Source: a virus
DNA: 64,000 nucleotides
Direction: 5' to 3' (one strand)
UHGV virus genome: UHGV-1366828
The notes under the pieces: generated by a model
What the model saw: only the letters and a program-made list of their open reading frames with translations
The model's database searches: none
What the model was told of the DNA's origin: nothing
Shown: positions 9,461 to 19,271 of the stretch, piece after piece
Position numbering within the stretch: the first letter of the stretch is position 1
How the letters are laid out: each line of letters starts with the position of its first letter
Program-made: the position numbers and the translations under genes

Positions 9461-12082
9461 TTATAATCTCCTAACTGTGTCAAGTATCTGCATCATATAG
9501 GTTGCGCTGTTGTCATTTGTTGGAATTGTGTTCTGAATCTGTTGTAAAAGAATCTTCATTCCTTCGGGGTCTAGTTGAAGTATTAAGTTGCTGAGCTGGT
9601 CAAATGAAGATTTTTCTAACTCTGCCAACTTTACTCTAATCGGATTTGATTGTGTTTCAAATAGCTCTTTGTAAATGTCATTGGCACCTGTATTTATCTG
9701 CTCGCTCATTCCTGTAATTGCTGTTGTTGCATTTGCAAGGTTTGTAGCGTTAGTTACCAAGTTATTTATTGTGCTGCTTGCTCCTGTTGTATTGTAGTAA
9801 GCACTTGAGCTAAGTCCTTCCACAACAGGGGCTTCATATCCGAATGTAGACCCAGTAATGACAACATCATTATAACTCTGCTGTGCAGCTCTGTAGCTAC
9901 CAGTTAATCCACCGACACCTCCGGAGTATGTAACTCCTCTAATACCTTGTGTATAGTCGGTTCCTCTCATTGTGAACGGGTCCCAATCAAATCCCATAAG
10001 AGATTTATTCTGGCCTGCCATCGTGTCAAACATATTACCGACAGCCGAGCCCAATGCACTCGCAATATTAAACGGAAGAGTAAGTATATTTCCTAGAGAG
10101 CCGAGGACGCCCATTATGCCTCCGCCGCTTGTGTTGAAAGCAAAGCTAGTATTAGAAATATCCCCAAGAGTTTCAGACAAACTCGAAAGCATCGGAAGAG
10201 CACTAATAACCTTGGTAATCATACCAACTGTGCTGTTCTGTAATCCTACAGCACCTAACAATTGGTCTACAAACTGTGTAGCGTACCACGTCATGTACTG
10301 GGCATCATTCTGTGCCATATTCATTCCCCAGTTAAACATGAAGTTGTCTGCCATGGTCTGCACTCTTTCAGAGGCAGCAGTTCTTCCTACTACTGTTTGA
10401 AGTTGATTTTTCGTTTCATTTATCGACTGGTCATATGTAGTATTTGACCTGTATATAGCAGAAATATCATTGTTTGTAAGGTTACTAACAGCTCTTAAGT
10501 CTGTTAATGTTATTCCTAAAACATCAGACCACTGTGAACGTAATACCTGATTGTCTGTTGTATTTTCTGCAATTGTTCCCAAATAGTCAACCATTGAACG
10601 CATTAAATCATTAACATTGGAAGCATTCAATCCCTGCGTTAACAAATCAGAATATGACAGCCCAGCATTCGTCGCTGACATATTCATTAAAACTGATAAT
10701 GGTTGGTTACCGTTTAAGGTATTTATGTTACCTGATGCAAGAGCGTTGATGCCGGATGCAATCGAGGCAACAGCCTGGTCTGATAATCCTACACTATACA
10801 AAGATGCAAGCCATTTTTGCACCGCATATGTAAATGATGTAGCATTATTCTTATCCATGCTAGAGATGGAATCTGTTAAAGCAGCTAACACGCTGTCATA
10901 CATTGTGTTAAGATATGATGTATCTTCAAACTGGCTGTTTAAGAATTTTGTTAACTGAGCTTCTGAACCCAACTGTGACATTGTAAGGTCTGCTTGTTGA
11001 ATTCGAATCATACGTTGTAAAGTGTTGTCAAGAACATCAAATGTTGTCACCATTTTGTCCGACAATGTAGCTAACATAGCTCTTTGTTCTATGTTGTAAG
11101 CAATGCCATTTTCAGTTAACTTTGCAACATTCTGCAGTAATTCTTTCTGAGAAACAAATCTACTTGCACCAATTGTATTCTGAACATCGTCTGTTATCTG
11201 TTTAAAGAACCCTGTTTGAGCTTCCTCACTTTGTAGCCGAGCATCAACTTTACCCATATACTGGTTCTGGAAGTTTGCTGCTTGAGTAAAGTTTTGTGAC
11301 ATTTTTTTGCTAATGCCAGACACAACATCAAGAATCTTACCAAAGGTAGAAAGTCCTTCTGCAGAACTTGCAGAGGAGAACCCAGACTCTGCTAATGCCG
11401 AGGCATTTCGAGTCTCGTTATCTTTTTGTTCTTGGGCAATACGTTCTCTTGCGGCAGCTCTTTCTTCTTCCGTACTAGCAGTATCTTCAATAATTGCTTG
11501 ATTTTCACGAAGAATACGTTGATGAAGTTTTTGGTTTTCTTTCTGTTTCTCTACAAACTTGTTAGCTCTTTGTTGTGCATTAGCAAACCGTTCTGCTCTT
11601 GTTGCATTTTCCTGTGCGCCTTTTGCTATATGCTCGTCTATTTTTACTTGACGTTTCTTTGCATTTTCAAGCAGCAGTTGTGTGCTAAGAGACTGTTGGT
11701 CTAGAGCTTTCAGTTTCTCATTTATTTCAGCACGTTGATTTTCATCTTCTACTTGGTCTCTTTGCAATTTCAGCATATACTCTTTTTGCTGTTGCTGTTT
11801 CTGTTGGTTTTGTAAGTATTCTATATTCTGTTTATTTATTGCAGCCTGTTGATTTAGCTCAAGGTTTGCTAATTGATAACGTTGACGAGCTCTCACAGCA
11901 CGCTCTATTTCAAACTTCTGCGTATCCGTCAATGTTTTACCAATCTTTTCTTGTAGCTTTGCCTGGTCCGCCAACGCCTTGTTAATCATTTGTTGTGTCT
12001 TAGCTTCAGAAGCAAAGTCAGCAGCTTTTCGTTGGTTGGAGGCTTCTATTCGATCCATCAAATCGTCTACATTAAAGGCCAT
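9461..12082 (-). CDS. tail tape measure protein
   Basis: 873 aa. N-terminal Q/E/K-rich predicted coiled coil, C-terminal Gly/Ala/Ser-rich hydrophobic segment (FNTSGGGIMGVLGSLGNILTLPFNIASALGSAVGNMF). Largest gene of the tail module, AGGTGA RBS. Confidence 0.7.
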   Translation of the reverse strand: MAFNVDDLMDRIEASNQRKAADFASEAKTQQMINKALADQAKLQEKIGKTLTDTQKFEIERAVRARQRYQLANLELNQQAAINKQNIEYLQNQQKQQQQKEYMLKLQRDQVEDENQRAEINEKLKALDQQSLSTQLLLENAKKRQVKIDEHIAKGAQENATRAERFANAQQRANKFVEKQKENQKLHQRILRENQAIIEDTASTEEERAAARERIAQEQKDNETRNASALAESGFSSASSAEGLSTFGKILDVVSGISKKMSQNFTQAANFQNQYMGKVDARLQSEEAQTGFFKQITDDVQNTIGASRFVSQKELLQNVAKLTENGIAYNIEQRAMLATLSDKMVTTFDVLDNTLQRMIRIQQADLTMSQLGSEAQLTKFLNSQFEDTSYLNTMYDSVLAALTDSISSMDKNNATSFTYAVQKWLASLYSVGLSDQAVASIASGINALASGNINTLNGNQPLSVLMNMSATNAGLSYSDLLTQGLNASNVNDLMRSMVDYLGTIAENTTDNQVLRSQWSDVLGITLTDLRAVSNLTNNDISAIYRSNTTYDQSINETKNQLQTVVGRTAASERVQTMADNFMFNWGMNMAQNDAQYMTWYATQFVDQLLGAVGLQNSTVGMITKVISALPMLSSLSETLGDISNTSFAFNTSGGGIMGVLGSLGNILTLPFNIASALGSAVGNMFDTMAGQNKSLMGFDWDPFTMRGTDYTQGIRGVTYSGGVGGLTGSYRAAQQSYNDVVITGSTFGYEAPVVEGLSSSAYYNTTGASSTINNLVTNATNLANATTAITGMSEQINTGANDIYKELFETQSNPIRVKLAELEKSSFDQLSNLILQLDPEGMKILLQQIQNTIPTNDNSATYMMQILDTVRRL

Positions 12083-12319
12083 CTATATATCACCTGCCGT
12101 GGCTAACGTTTATTTTTGCTTGCGGCTTCTCGTTTATGTTTCTCAATCAATTCTTGTTGCTGTTGTAAATCTTGAATAATCAGTTGTAACAGAATTTCTC
12201 TTTCTGTGGGTGTTATGTCTTTTGTGTCGTTATATGAAGTGTGTGTATTTTTTGAAATCAGATAACGTTCGTTTACGATGTCTCTAAATCTTACTGGGGC
12301 ATATAACTTATTCTCCTTT

Positions 12320-13096
12320 TCAGATATCCAGAGAGGGTCGAAAAAACTCTCTGTCAGCTCTTAGGCTGACGTTATAATCAAGACCGCAGACATCGCACAT
12401 ACAATGAAGTGTGTTGTCTACACCGAAAGAGCTGTTTGCTTTGTCTGCATATACAAGTATTGTATTGGTGTCCGCCATTGGAAGATTCTTCACCCATTCA
12501 GTAATCTTTACTGGGTTTACGGGAGATCCATCAATACTCTTTATCAACTCTTGAATTGTAAACACCGTTGTGTAGTCAACTGTTTGTCCGCTCTTCTTCC
12601 GATACTCTTTTGCGTTATACTGCGCGCTGTCTACCATACGAGGGGTCTGTAGATATATTTCAATCTTACTTTTTGTCATTGGAAGTTCAAACGAAAGGTA
12701 CTTTGAAACCTCTTCTTGGTTGTATGCTTTTAACGGTAATTTTGTAAGATCTATGGTATCTACATTACCACAGCCACAATAAGGACAAGTTGTGCTTAGC
12801 TTATAGTTATTTCCGTATGTAACTACACGGAGCATATACAACAAAAATCGGTAGTCCGCAAGACACATATCGCGACTTGAAATGTTACAAGGAGAAATAA
12901 TACAGTCGTCGATAATCTCACAAATGTTCTTATATGGCATATCAGAAGGAGAGAGTCGTTTCATCTCTTCTTGTGTTGTCATAGAACGAAGTGTGATGTC
13001 TGGGCCTACCAGTTCACTATATATTTTACCTTCACTGGGAAGAGTAAAAGTCTGATTGATTGTGTAATCTTTTTGATTCATTTGACCATTCTCCAT
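12320..13096 (-). CDS. hypothetical protein with Cys-pair (Zn-ribbon-like) motifs
   Basis: 258 aa; CPYCGCGN and CMCDVCG motifs; preceded by an AT-rich intergenic region containing direct repeats. Confidence 0.4.
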   Translation of the reverse strand: MENGQMNQKDYTINQTFTLPSEGKIYSELVGPDITLRSMTTQEEMKRLSPSDMPYKNICEIIDDCIISPCNISSRDMCLADYRFLLYMLRVVTYGNNYKLSTTCPYCGCGNVDTIDLTKLPLKAYNQEEVSKYLSFELPMTKSKIEIYLQTPRMVDSAQYNAKEYRKKSGQTVDYTTVFTIQELIKSIDGSPVNPVKITEWVKNLPMADTNTILVYADKANSSFGVDNTLHCMCDVCGLDYNVSLRADREFFRPSLDI

Positions 13097-13122
13097 ATAA
13101 AATAATATTTAGTTAAATAAAT

Positions 13123-13180
13123 TATCTTATATATCAATGTCAAATGTTATCTTAACAATTTATAACGTTATCTTGATATA
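13123..13180 (-). repeat. three direct repeats TTATCTT(A/G)A(T/C)A in the intergenic region upstream of the 258 aa gene
   Basis: ttatcttatata (13123-13134), ttatcttaacaa (13147-13158), ttatcttgatata (13168-13180), spaced 21-24 nt. Confidence 0.5.
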
Positions 13181-13252
13181 TAAAATAATAGGTAATCCCT
13201 TAAGGAAATCATATTCATGACTGTCCCTATTACTTTATACAATTTAATTCAA

Positions 13253-13861
13253 TTAGATGTCAGCATCCAACTTAGCGTGGTCATACTGAATTGTTGCAGA
13301 AACTTTACGAGCAGAGTTGCCATTGTCGCTGTCAAAGTCGTCTTCTGACAGACCGCTAATCCAGCAACCGTAAAGTGTCCAGCTTCTAACAACTTGATAA
13401 TCAGGGCTATACTCAATAAGAGTACAATTCTTCTTGTAGTCCTGAACCAGGCCCACCTTTTCCGTAATTACATTGTAGGAAAGGTTCTGCCATGCCATTA
13501 AGTAGTCTTTTGTTCCAGCTCCGATGTAATCGTTTACAATCAGGCTTCCTTCTCCGAATGTCGGGACTCCCGCGTACTTCAGGAGGTTGTTACCTCTACG
13601 AACCTGAATTACTTCCTGCGTGAAGTGAGGAACAGATGCTCTAGTAACTGACATACGAATAATCTCTTGACCCTTTTGCAGCTTCGTCATGTTACTGTCG
13701 TTACTGCTAGCAGGTTGAAGGTTGTCAAAATCAGAGATTAGAAACTCGAAGTTATTAGAACGAGCAATTTCGTATAGGTTCGGATTGTCTGCAAGATTGT
13801 AAGTACCGATAGCAAAATTGGAGCTAACATCAACTGTACTGGGATTGTATTTGATACTCAT
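13253..13861 (-). CDS. putative tail tube protein
   Basis: 202 aa ORF immediately downstream of the putative sheath gene; assignment by gene order only. Confidence 0.3.
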   Translation of the reverse strand: MSIKYNPSTVDVSSNFAIGTYNLADNPNLYEIARSNNFEFLISDFDNLQPASSNDSNMTKLQKGQEIIRMSVTRASVPHFTQEVIQVRRGNNLLKYAGVPTFGEGSLIVNDYIGAGTKDYLMAWQNLSYNVITEKVGLVQDYKKNCTLIEYSPDYQVVRSWTLYGCWISGLSEDDFDSDNGNSARKVSATIQYDHAKLDADI

Positions 13862-13884
13862 ATTATTCTATCCTCCTTATCCCG

Positions 13885-15225
13885 TTACGCCACAGTCACG
13901 TCATCGTCGGTCATGTAAACCGTGATATCAAAGCTCTCAACAGCGTAAATCGGATAAATGCGAATCGATGCGCTAATCTTCGTCGGACTGTCGGAAGTAT
14001 TACGGATAATTCTATATCCAGAAATTCCACTACCAGAAACCATCTGGTCAAGCAGCGGAGTCAGATAAGACTTGAAGTTTGTCCACAGTGTAGCGGTATT
14101 CTGCTCGTACAGAAGATTGATGCAAGCAGTGTAAATCTGCTTCTTAACATCACACGTAAGGTTACGAAGATTCAGATAAGACATTGCCTGAAGGCCTAAT
14201 GTACCGTTCTGTCTGAGAGTTCTGTTACCCCAGATGCAATATCCATAAGGCTTGATACGAGTGATGGCGTTAACATAGATGCCGTTAAGAGATGTGCTAG
14301 TACCGAAATTCTGATAGCCATCTGCAATAGCATTTGTTAACACTTCATTTGTATGAAGTTCTTTAAGTCCCGGAACAAGTCCTCTGCTAACACCCGCCAC
14401 GACATTCCAGTTATAGTTGGTTTGAAGTGATTGAGCAAGAGATGTCAGATAAGCAAATGAACCAGGAAGACTTACTGCTGAATAGTTGTCGTTTGTGTAA
14501 ACTGCTTGCGGATAAATCGCCCAAGGAGTAAACATTGCTCCGAATGCGCCGTTAGTGAAGCTATTTGAGTAAGTATTATTCAATGCGTAAACAACAGAGG
14601 TTGTTGCTGATGCACTTAATGCTCTTCCAGGATTGTCTGTATGGTCAATGAGAGCGACAGCATCTCCACGAGTGGCACAGATACTTAGCATATCAATAAC
14701 AATACTGTTAGTCTCGTACTCGAATACAGGATATCCGCCTGAGGTCAGATACTTGAAATCAAAGTCGCCTTTACTGATTAGATTTGTTGTAGCTGCTGCA
14801 TACAGTGTTGACAGCTGAGCATAAAGGTCTTTTGCAGTTCCTGTAAACTTACCATTTTCATTGATCTGCTCATCTGTATTTATCTTACAGTAGACAACCT
14901 GTAACCCCTGAGACAGAAGCTTGGCTGCATAAATCCAAGACGGATCAGGTTCATCTGCATCAAATAGATTACCTTCTGCGGGAACAGCGTTTGTTGCAAA
15001 ACCTTTTAAGTCGCCAAACACATCATAAGCAGACGCTGCATTAAACAACACCGGGAAAGAACCGAAGGCGGTGTAGAACTCTGAAAGCGTGCTGCAAGCA
15101 ACAGGAGCATACTGTTCAACGGTTTTTACAGAAGACAATCCAGGGATAAAAACAATGTCTGTATTAGAAAGGGCTTCAACCGATTGTGTTAAGTCCTTTT
15201 CAGAAATATTTATTCTGAGAGCCAT
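13885..15225 (-). CDS. putative tail sheath / major tail protein
   Basis: 446 aa; between neck-region small ORFs and the tube/tape measure genes; GC-richer, codon-optimised composition like the capsid gene. Assignment by order and size only. Confidence 0.35.
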   Translation of the reverse strand: MALRINISEKDLTQSVEALSNTDIVFIPGLSSVKTVEQYAPVACSTLSEFYTAFGSFPVLFNAASAYDVFGDLKGFATNAVPAEGNLFDADEPDPSWIYAAKLLSQGLQVVYCKINTDEQINENGKFTGTAKDLYAQLSTLYAAATTNLISKGDFDFKYLTSGGYPVFEYETNSIVIDMLSICATRGDAVALIDHTDNPGRALSASATTSVVYALNNTYSNSFTNGAFGAMFTPWAIYPQAVYTNDNYSAVSLPGSFAYLTSLAQSLQTNYNWNVVAGVSRGLVPGLKELHTNEVLTNAIADGYQNFGTSTSLNGIYVNAITRIKPYGYCIWGNRTLRQNGTLGLQAMSYLNLRNLTCDVKKQIYTACINLLYEQNTATLWTNFKSYLTPLLDQMVSGSGISGYRIIRNTSDSPTKISASIRIYPIYAVESFDITVYMTDDDVTVA

Positions 15226-15236
15226 TTATTGTCTCC

Positions 15237-15875
15237 TTAATCTATATTGATTGTTTCTTTAATAAAAGTTTTCTCGTCCGGGTTTCTTACGTATAGCATA
15301 TTTTCATCTTCAATTGTGAGGTTATTTGCTACACGAAGATCCCACAGATAAGCGTCGTCTATATTTACTGTAACAGATAATCTAGTAAACTGTCCGTTAA
15401 ATAAACGAATAGAAGTATTCGATGTATCCATTACGTCAGAGTTAATTCGTATGTTGGCGTTATGTTTGAAATTTATGTCCCTATACGGAATGATAATACT
15501 TAGGGTGGGGTAGTTGATAATATTAAATACAAGATTTCTCATGTACATATCAGCTTCTTTTTGATACCGAGTATATATATCAAATTGATACTGAATGTTT
15601 ATAGGTACCTGAGCCAACATAGAAGCTGTCTTTTCTCCTTGGACAACTTTTATGCCGTTATACGTTGTAGGCTTCTTATTTGTATTTGATATTGTATATC
15701 CCTTGGGTCTTGTTACTGTAAGTATTGGAAGTTTTATAGGGCTGTCCTTAGTCTCATCTGCAACAACTTGAAAAAGGTCTCGAATTTCATCAACACCATA
15801 TACGTGGAGGTTTGTTTTTTCTGTCCAATACTTTATCTTACTTAGTAAAGCATCGTCATACAGATATACGCTCAT
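15237..15875 (-). CDS. hypothetical head-tail joining region protein
   Basis: 212 aa; stop/start overlaps the upstream gene by 4 nt (ATGA). Confidence 0.4.
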   Translation of the reverse strand: MSVYLYDDALLSKIKYWTEKTNLHVYGVDEIRDLFQVVADETKDSPIKLPILTVTRPKGYTISNTNKKPTTYNGIKVVQGEKTASMLAQVPINIQYQFDIYTRYQKEADMYMRNLVFNIINYPTLSIIIPYRDINFKHNANIRINSDVMDTSNTSIRLFNGQFTRLSVTVNIDDAYLWDLRVANNLTIEDENMLYVRNPDEKTFIKETINID

Positions 15876-16414
15876 TTACCCTCCTCGTTAAATGTTGGAT
15901 ATTCAAACATTGAATCATTCTCCTGATTTAGAAGATTGAAACTTGAATCAGAATAATCTTCAATTTCCGTCTTCACTAGTGTATCTTCATACTCTGGAGC
16001 GATTTCACAAGCTACTGAAGAGGGAAAAATCATAATGTTTGAAATCTTTATTACTCTAAACAATCTGCCTTCACTGTTATCAAGTCCTCCCGGAACAACA
16101 AATAAAGCTCCTTGTTGTAAATCTGGCAAGTCATATCTAACATGAATAATAGAGCTTGTATCTTGTAATTCAGATACCCAACCTAATTTCTTCAATGTTT
16201 GTTGCGATGGGTAGTCTTCAAAGATGCAATATTCCAACATAGGCTTCTGGTAGTTACTTTCTATTTCAGCATATGTTGTATAGTGTTTATCTTTAGCAGG
16301 AGCTCTATAGATAACACGTATTCCAAGAAGTTTTGCCATTTCTTTGAAATACATACGATGTAGTTTTGTATTAGAATTAACTAATAACCCATAATTTTCA
16401 TCATACGGGGTCAT
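15872..16414 (-). CDS. hypothetical head-tail joining region protein
   Basis: 180 aa ORF, operon-coupled. Confidence 0.4.
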   Translation of the reverse strand: MTPYDENYGLLVNSNTKLHRMYFKEMAKLLGIRVIYRAPAKDKHYTTYAEIESNYQKPMLEYCIFEDYPSQQTLKKLGWVSELQDTSSIIHVRYDLPDLQQGALFVVPGGLDNSEGRLFRVIKISNIMIFPSSVACEIAPEYEDTLVKTEIEDYSDSSFNLLNQENDSMFEYPTFNEEGK

Positions 16415-16463
16415 CTATAACACCTACCTTACTAAATTAAAATCTCTTTGTAAATAGTTAACG

Positions 16464-17783
16464 TCACTTAGAATTGGCGCCTGTTTTTCTCTTAGAATCG
16501 GGGGACCGTTGACCTTCGCCCGCAAGAATAAAATCATACACATATTTCAAAGCTGCATAATGATTTTTCTTTGCTTGAAGAACCTGAAGGAACTGCTGCG
16601 CCTTTGCGCCACCCTTATCAGCGAGAATGTCCCGGCAAGCCTTTACCAGCTCTTCTTTAGAAGCTGCACCGTCAATTGCTTCCTTGTTGTCTAGAAGAAG
16701 CTTATTGATGCTGTTTCCTTTTTCAGACAAGTTAACTTCTTGAGCTTCTGTAAGAGAATTAGTTTTTAAAGTCCCGTAAATTCTAGTTGATTTACCAGCT
16801 TCGTTCTTTGTCATATAGTTGTAATTGAATCTTTCAGTAATGAATGATTTATTCTCATTAAGTGTGCCCGTAAGGGTAAATGCTTTACGACCTCTGGTAA
16901 TATTCTTATTCTCGCCAATGAAACGTAACTTGTTATTCTTTGTAGCAGTTTTTGCTTCAAAGACAAACTTTGTGGGCTTCATCTTACCAGAGTTGAACTT
17001 AATCAAACCTTCAACAACTAATGTATTTCCCTGTGAAGAAACGTCTGTTGTTTTATATGAACTCACGTTTTCATAAACGGCTTTAAGATACGCTTCTCCT
17101 AACTCATCAAAAGAATCTGAATCAAAATCTTCAACATCGTAGTCAACTTCATCTTCAGGCCAAGGACTTTCCTCAGTTTCCTCAATCGTGTCCGCTACTT
17201 CTGTTGGAACAGGAGCAAGAACTTCTGCTTCTTCTTCAGTATCTTTAACAGGTTCAGCTTCAATTGTAAGTTTTCCGTCATCATCAGCATCCAGTGTAAC
17301 CTTTTGATCTTCAGTAGCGACTTCTACGGTTTCAAATTCTTCTGTGAGTTCTTCGTCAACATGTTCTTCGGACTCTTTTTCTTCTTCAGAAGAGTCCTCC
17401 TTCTCATCTTCCTGTTCGTCTTCTTCGTCTTTTCCCTCTTCGAACGGACTTACAATACCAATTACTTTAAAGCCCTCGGAAGTGTAACAATAGGGGCATT
17501 CTTCCCCAACATTGACAAGCTCTTCTACGTCGTCCTTAACAATATCCTCCAGCTTTTTATATACCATGGAGTTACAAACAGGGCAGTGAAGAATTACTTT
17601 CCCGATATAAGTATCTTGCAATTCATCCTCAGTTTCCGCCTCTGGATCAATTACGTCTTGAGAGGGAGTACCGGGGTCTGCTAAAAGTTGCCCCATATCG
17701 TCAATGGAGTCAGTATTATATAGCGAAAAGTCCTCTTCCGTAAGAAAGTCTAATTTCTTGAAAGCTTCGCTCAGATAATTCAT
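16464..17783 (-). CDS. highly acidic protein with CxxC...CxxC zinc ribbon; candidate virion internal/ejection protein
   Basis: 439 aa. ~60-residue D/E tract (DEEDEQEDEKEDSSEEEKESEEHVDEELTEEFE). HCPVCNS...CPYCYT. N-terminus MNYLSEAFKKLDFLTEEDFS closely matches the N-terminus of the methyltransferase at 27441..28070. Confidence 0.5.
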   Translation of the reverse strand: MNYLSEAFKKLDFLTEEDFSLYNTDSIDDMGQLLADPGTPSQDVIDPEAETEDELQDTYIGKVILHCPVCNSMVYKKLEDIVKDDVEELVNVGEECPYCYTSEGFKVIGIVSPFEEGKDEEDEQEDEKEDSSEEEKESEEHVDEELTEEFETVEVATEDQKVTLDADDDGKLTIEAEPVKDTEEEAEVLAPVPTEVADTIEETEESPWPEDEVDYDVEDFDSDSFDELGEAYLKAVYENVSSYKTTDVSSQGNTLVVEGLIKFNSGKMKPTKFVFEAKTATKNNKLRFIGENKNITRGRKAFTLTGTLNENKSFITERFNYNYMTKNEAGKSTRIYGTLKTNSLTEAQEVNLSEKGNSINKLLLDNKEAIDGAASKEELVKACRDILADKGGAKAQQFLQVLQAKKNHYAALKYVYDFILAGEGQRSPDSKRKTGANSK

Positions 17784-17829
17784 TTATTAAATCTCCTCGT
17801 CTATTTATCCGAATAATTATCCGACGTCA

Positions 17830-18567
17830 TCAATCAACCGCATTGTAGAAAAGGGCTGTGTTTGACGACAACGTTTGTCTTAACTCTTGCAGCTCAGAGG
17901 TTCCTTCAGCTAGAATATCTCGACCGTCTTGCGTCCATATTGCATTCGACTGTGTGTACCTACTACGAACTCTTCCTGCTACAATCTTTGTTTTAGCTAC
18001 AGCCATCCGTATCAAAACATCCGTCCAATAATCTGAAGTGATTTCAGACACATCTTGATAGATTGGTATATATTCTACAGTTATATTACTTGGAGCATTA
18101 CTTGCAACATTTATATACAATTTTTGTGAGTCTCTGTCGTATATATATGCCAGATCCGTACTAGTCGTATTTCTCATCTGAAGGATAGTGTTATACGACA
18201 TGTAATTCAGCATATAATCCTGAAAGCCTCTCATGTTACCTGTTCCCGAGATTAACTGCCACTGTGCTGCTTGCATCGGATCTACAGCTTTTGTCAACGA
18301 TGTACTAGCCTCTCCGTACCCTTCTGTACGATAAACTCTAAATACATTGCTGACGTATATCTTCTGGTCATTAGTTTGCTTTGGATCCGATAAGTCAATA
18401 CAACGACTAAAAGGAATGGTTACAATCTTTGTACTGGTTATGTAGCGTTGTAATTCTCGTAGAGAGCTAGCTATGATGCTGTCTACAGTAGTTGGGGTTA
18501 ATTCTAATTCAAGTAGTTGACCTGTGAGCATCAATGTGACTTCGTCACGAACTTGATCCTGTGTCAT
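17830..18567 (-). CDS. hypothetical structural protein
   Basis: 245 aa ORF. Confidence 0.4.
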   Translation of the reverse strand: MTQDQVRDEVTLMLTGQLLELELTPTTVDSIIASSLRELQRYITSTKIVTIPFSRCIDLSDPKQTNDQKIYVSNVFRVYRTEGYGEASTSLTKAVDPMQAAQWQLISGTGNMRGFQDYMLNYMSYNTILQMRNTTSTDLAYIYDRDSQKLYINVASNAPSNITVEYIPIYQDVSEITSDYWTDVLIRMAVAKTKIVAGRVRSRYTQSNAIWTQDGRDILAEGTSELQELRQTLSSNTALFYNAVD

Positions 18568-18645
18568 TGATTATACTCACCTCACATCTTAACATATACG
18601 CTTATAGGGGCAAGGTATAACACTTGCCCCTTTGATATGTCTATT

Positions 18646-18816
18646 TTAAGTATTGATGTCAGTTCCTTCTACTTGAATGTGAACCTTATCTGCGTTGTCT
18701 TTATAGATGCATACATCGGGAGTTCCAGACGTTGGCATCTGGCTATTCTGGAACATAATGTTCAAGCACTCAACTTCAACACCGCTCACTAATTTCTTTC
18801 CTTCATATATAAACAT
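18646..18816 (-). CDS. hypothetical small protein (56 aa, below ORF-track cutoff)
   Basis: ATG at 18816 with AGAGGT 12 nt upstream; MFIYEGKKLVSGVEVECLNIMFQNSQMPTSGTPDVCIYKDNADKVHIQVEGTDINT; fills a 284 nt gap. Confidence 0.3.
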   Translation of the reverse strand: MFIYEGKKLVSGVEVECLNIMFQNSQMPTSGTPDVCIYKDNADKVHIQVEGTDINT

Positions 18817-18851
18817 ATGTCAAATACCTCTTATAAGTCTATTTTTGATTG

Positions 18852-19271
18852 TCAGGTTTCTGCAGCAGCTGTCACAGTAAACGTAACATCAACAGAATCA
18901 TTGTCATCTGAAACAGTGTAAATCCATGTGCCCGCTGTTGCATCTGCTGTTGCGGTCACAGTGATTTCATTACCACTGATGGTTTTAGTTAGCCCTGTAG
19001 ACGTTGATCCTTCAGCTTTCTTAATACACTTCAGGGTTCCTGTCACATTACTTGCTGTAAGTTTAACAGTACTTCCTCCGGCTGTAATATTTGCTGTTGT
19101 GGGAGTAACTTTGAGAGCTCCGTTAGTATCTAGAGCCTTATTCCCGATTAAAATTTCAACTTTACCGGATTCCTTTGTGAGAGTAATGTCAGGACTCGAT
19201 AAATCTAAATTTTCTTGTGCTCCTTGTTCTAAGATGAACATTAGGGCGCCGTCTTTTTCATATATGAGCAT
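18852..19271 (-). CDS. Ig-like (Big_2-type) domain protein, probable decoration or tail-surface protein
   Basis: 139 aa, Thr/Val-rich beta pattern 'TVKLTASNVTGTLKCIKKAEGSTSTGLTKTISGNEITVTATADATAGTWIYTVSDDNDSVDVTFTVTAA'. Confidence 0.45.
   Translation of the reverse strand: MLIYEKDGALMFILEQGAQENLDLSSPDITLTKESGKVEILIGNKALDTNGALKVTPTTANITAGGSTVKLTASNVTGTLKCIKKAEGSTSTGLTKTISGNEITVTATADATAGTWIYTVSDDNDSVDVTFTVTAAAET

Noticed and set aside
12083-12319. Possible tail assembly chaperone or frameshift ORF between the 258 aa gene and the tape measure
   Set aside because: Only a short ORF (under 60 aa) ending just before the tape-measure start and no recognisable slippery sequence by eye. Not enough to call.
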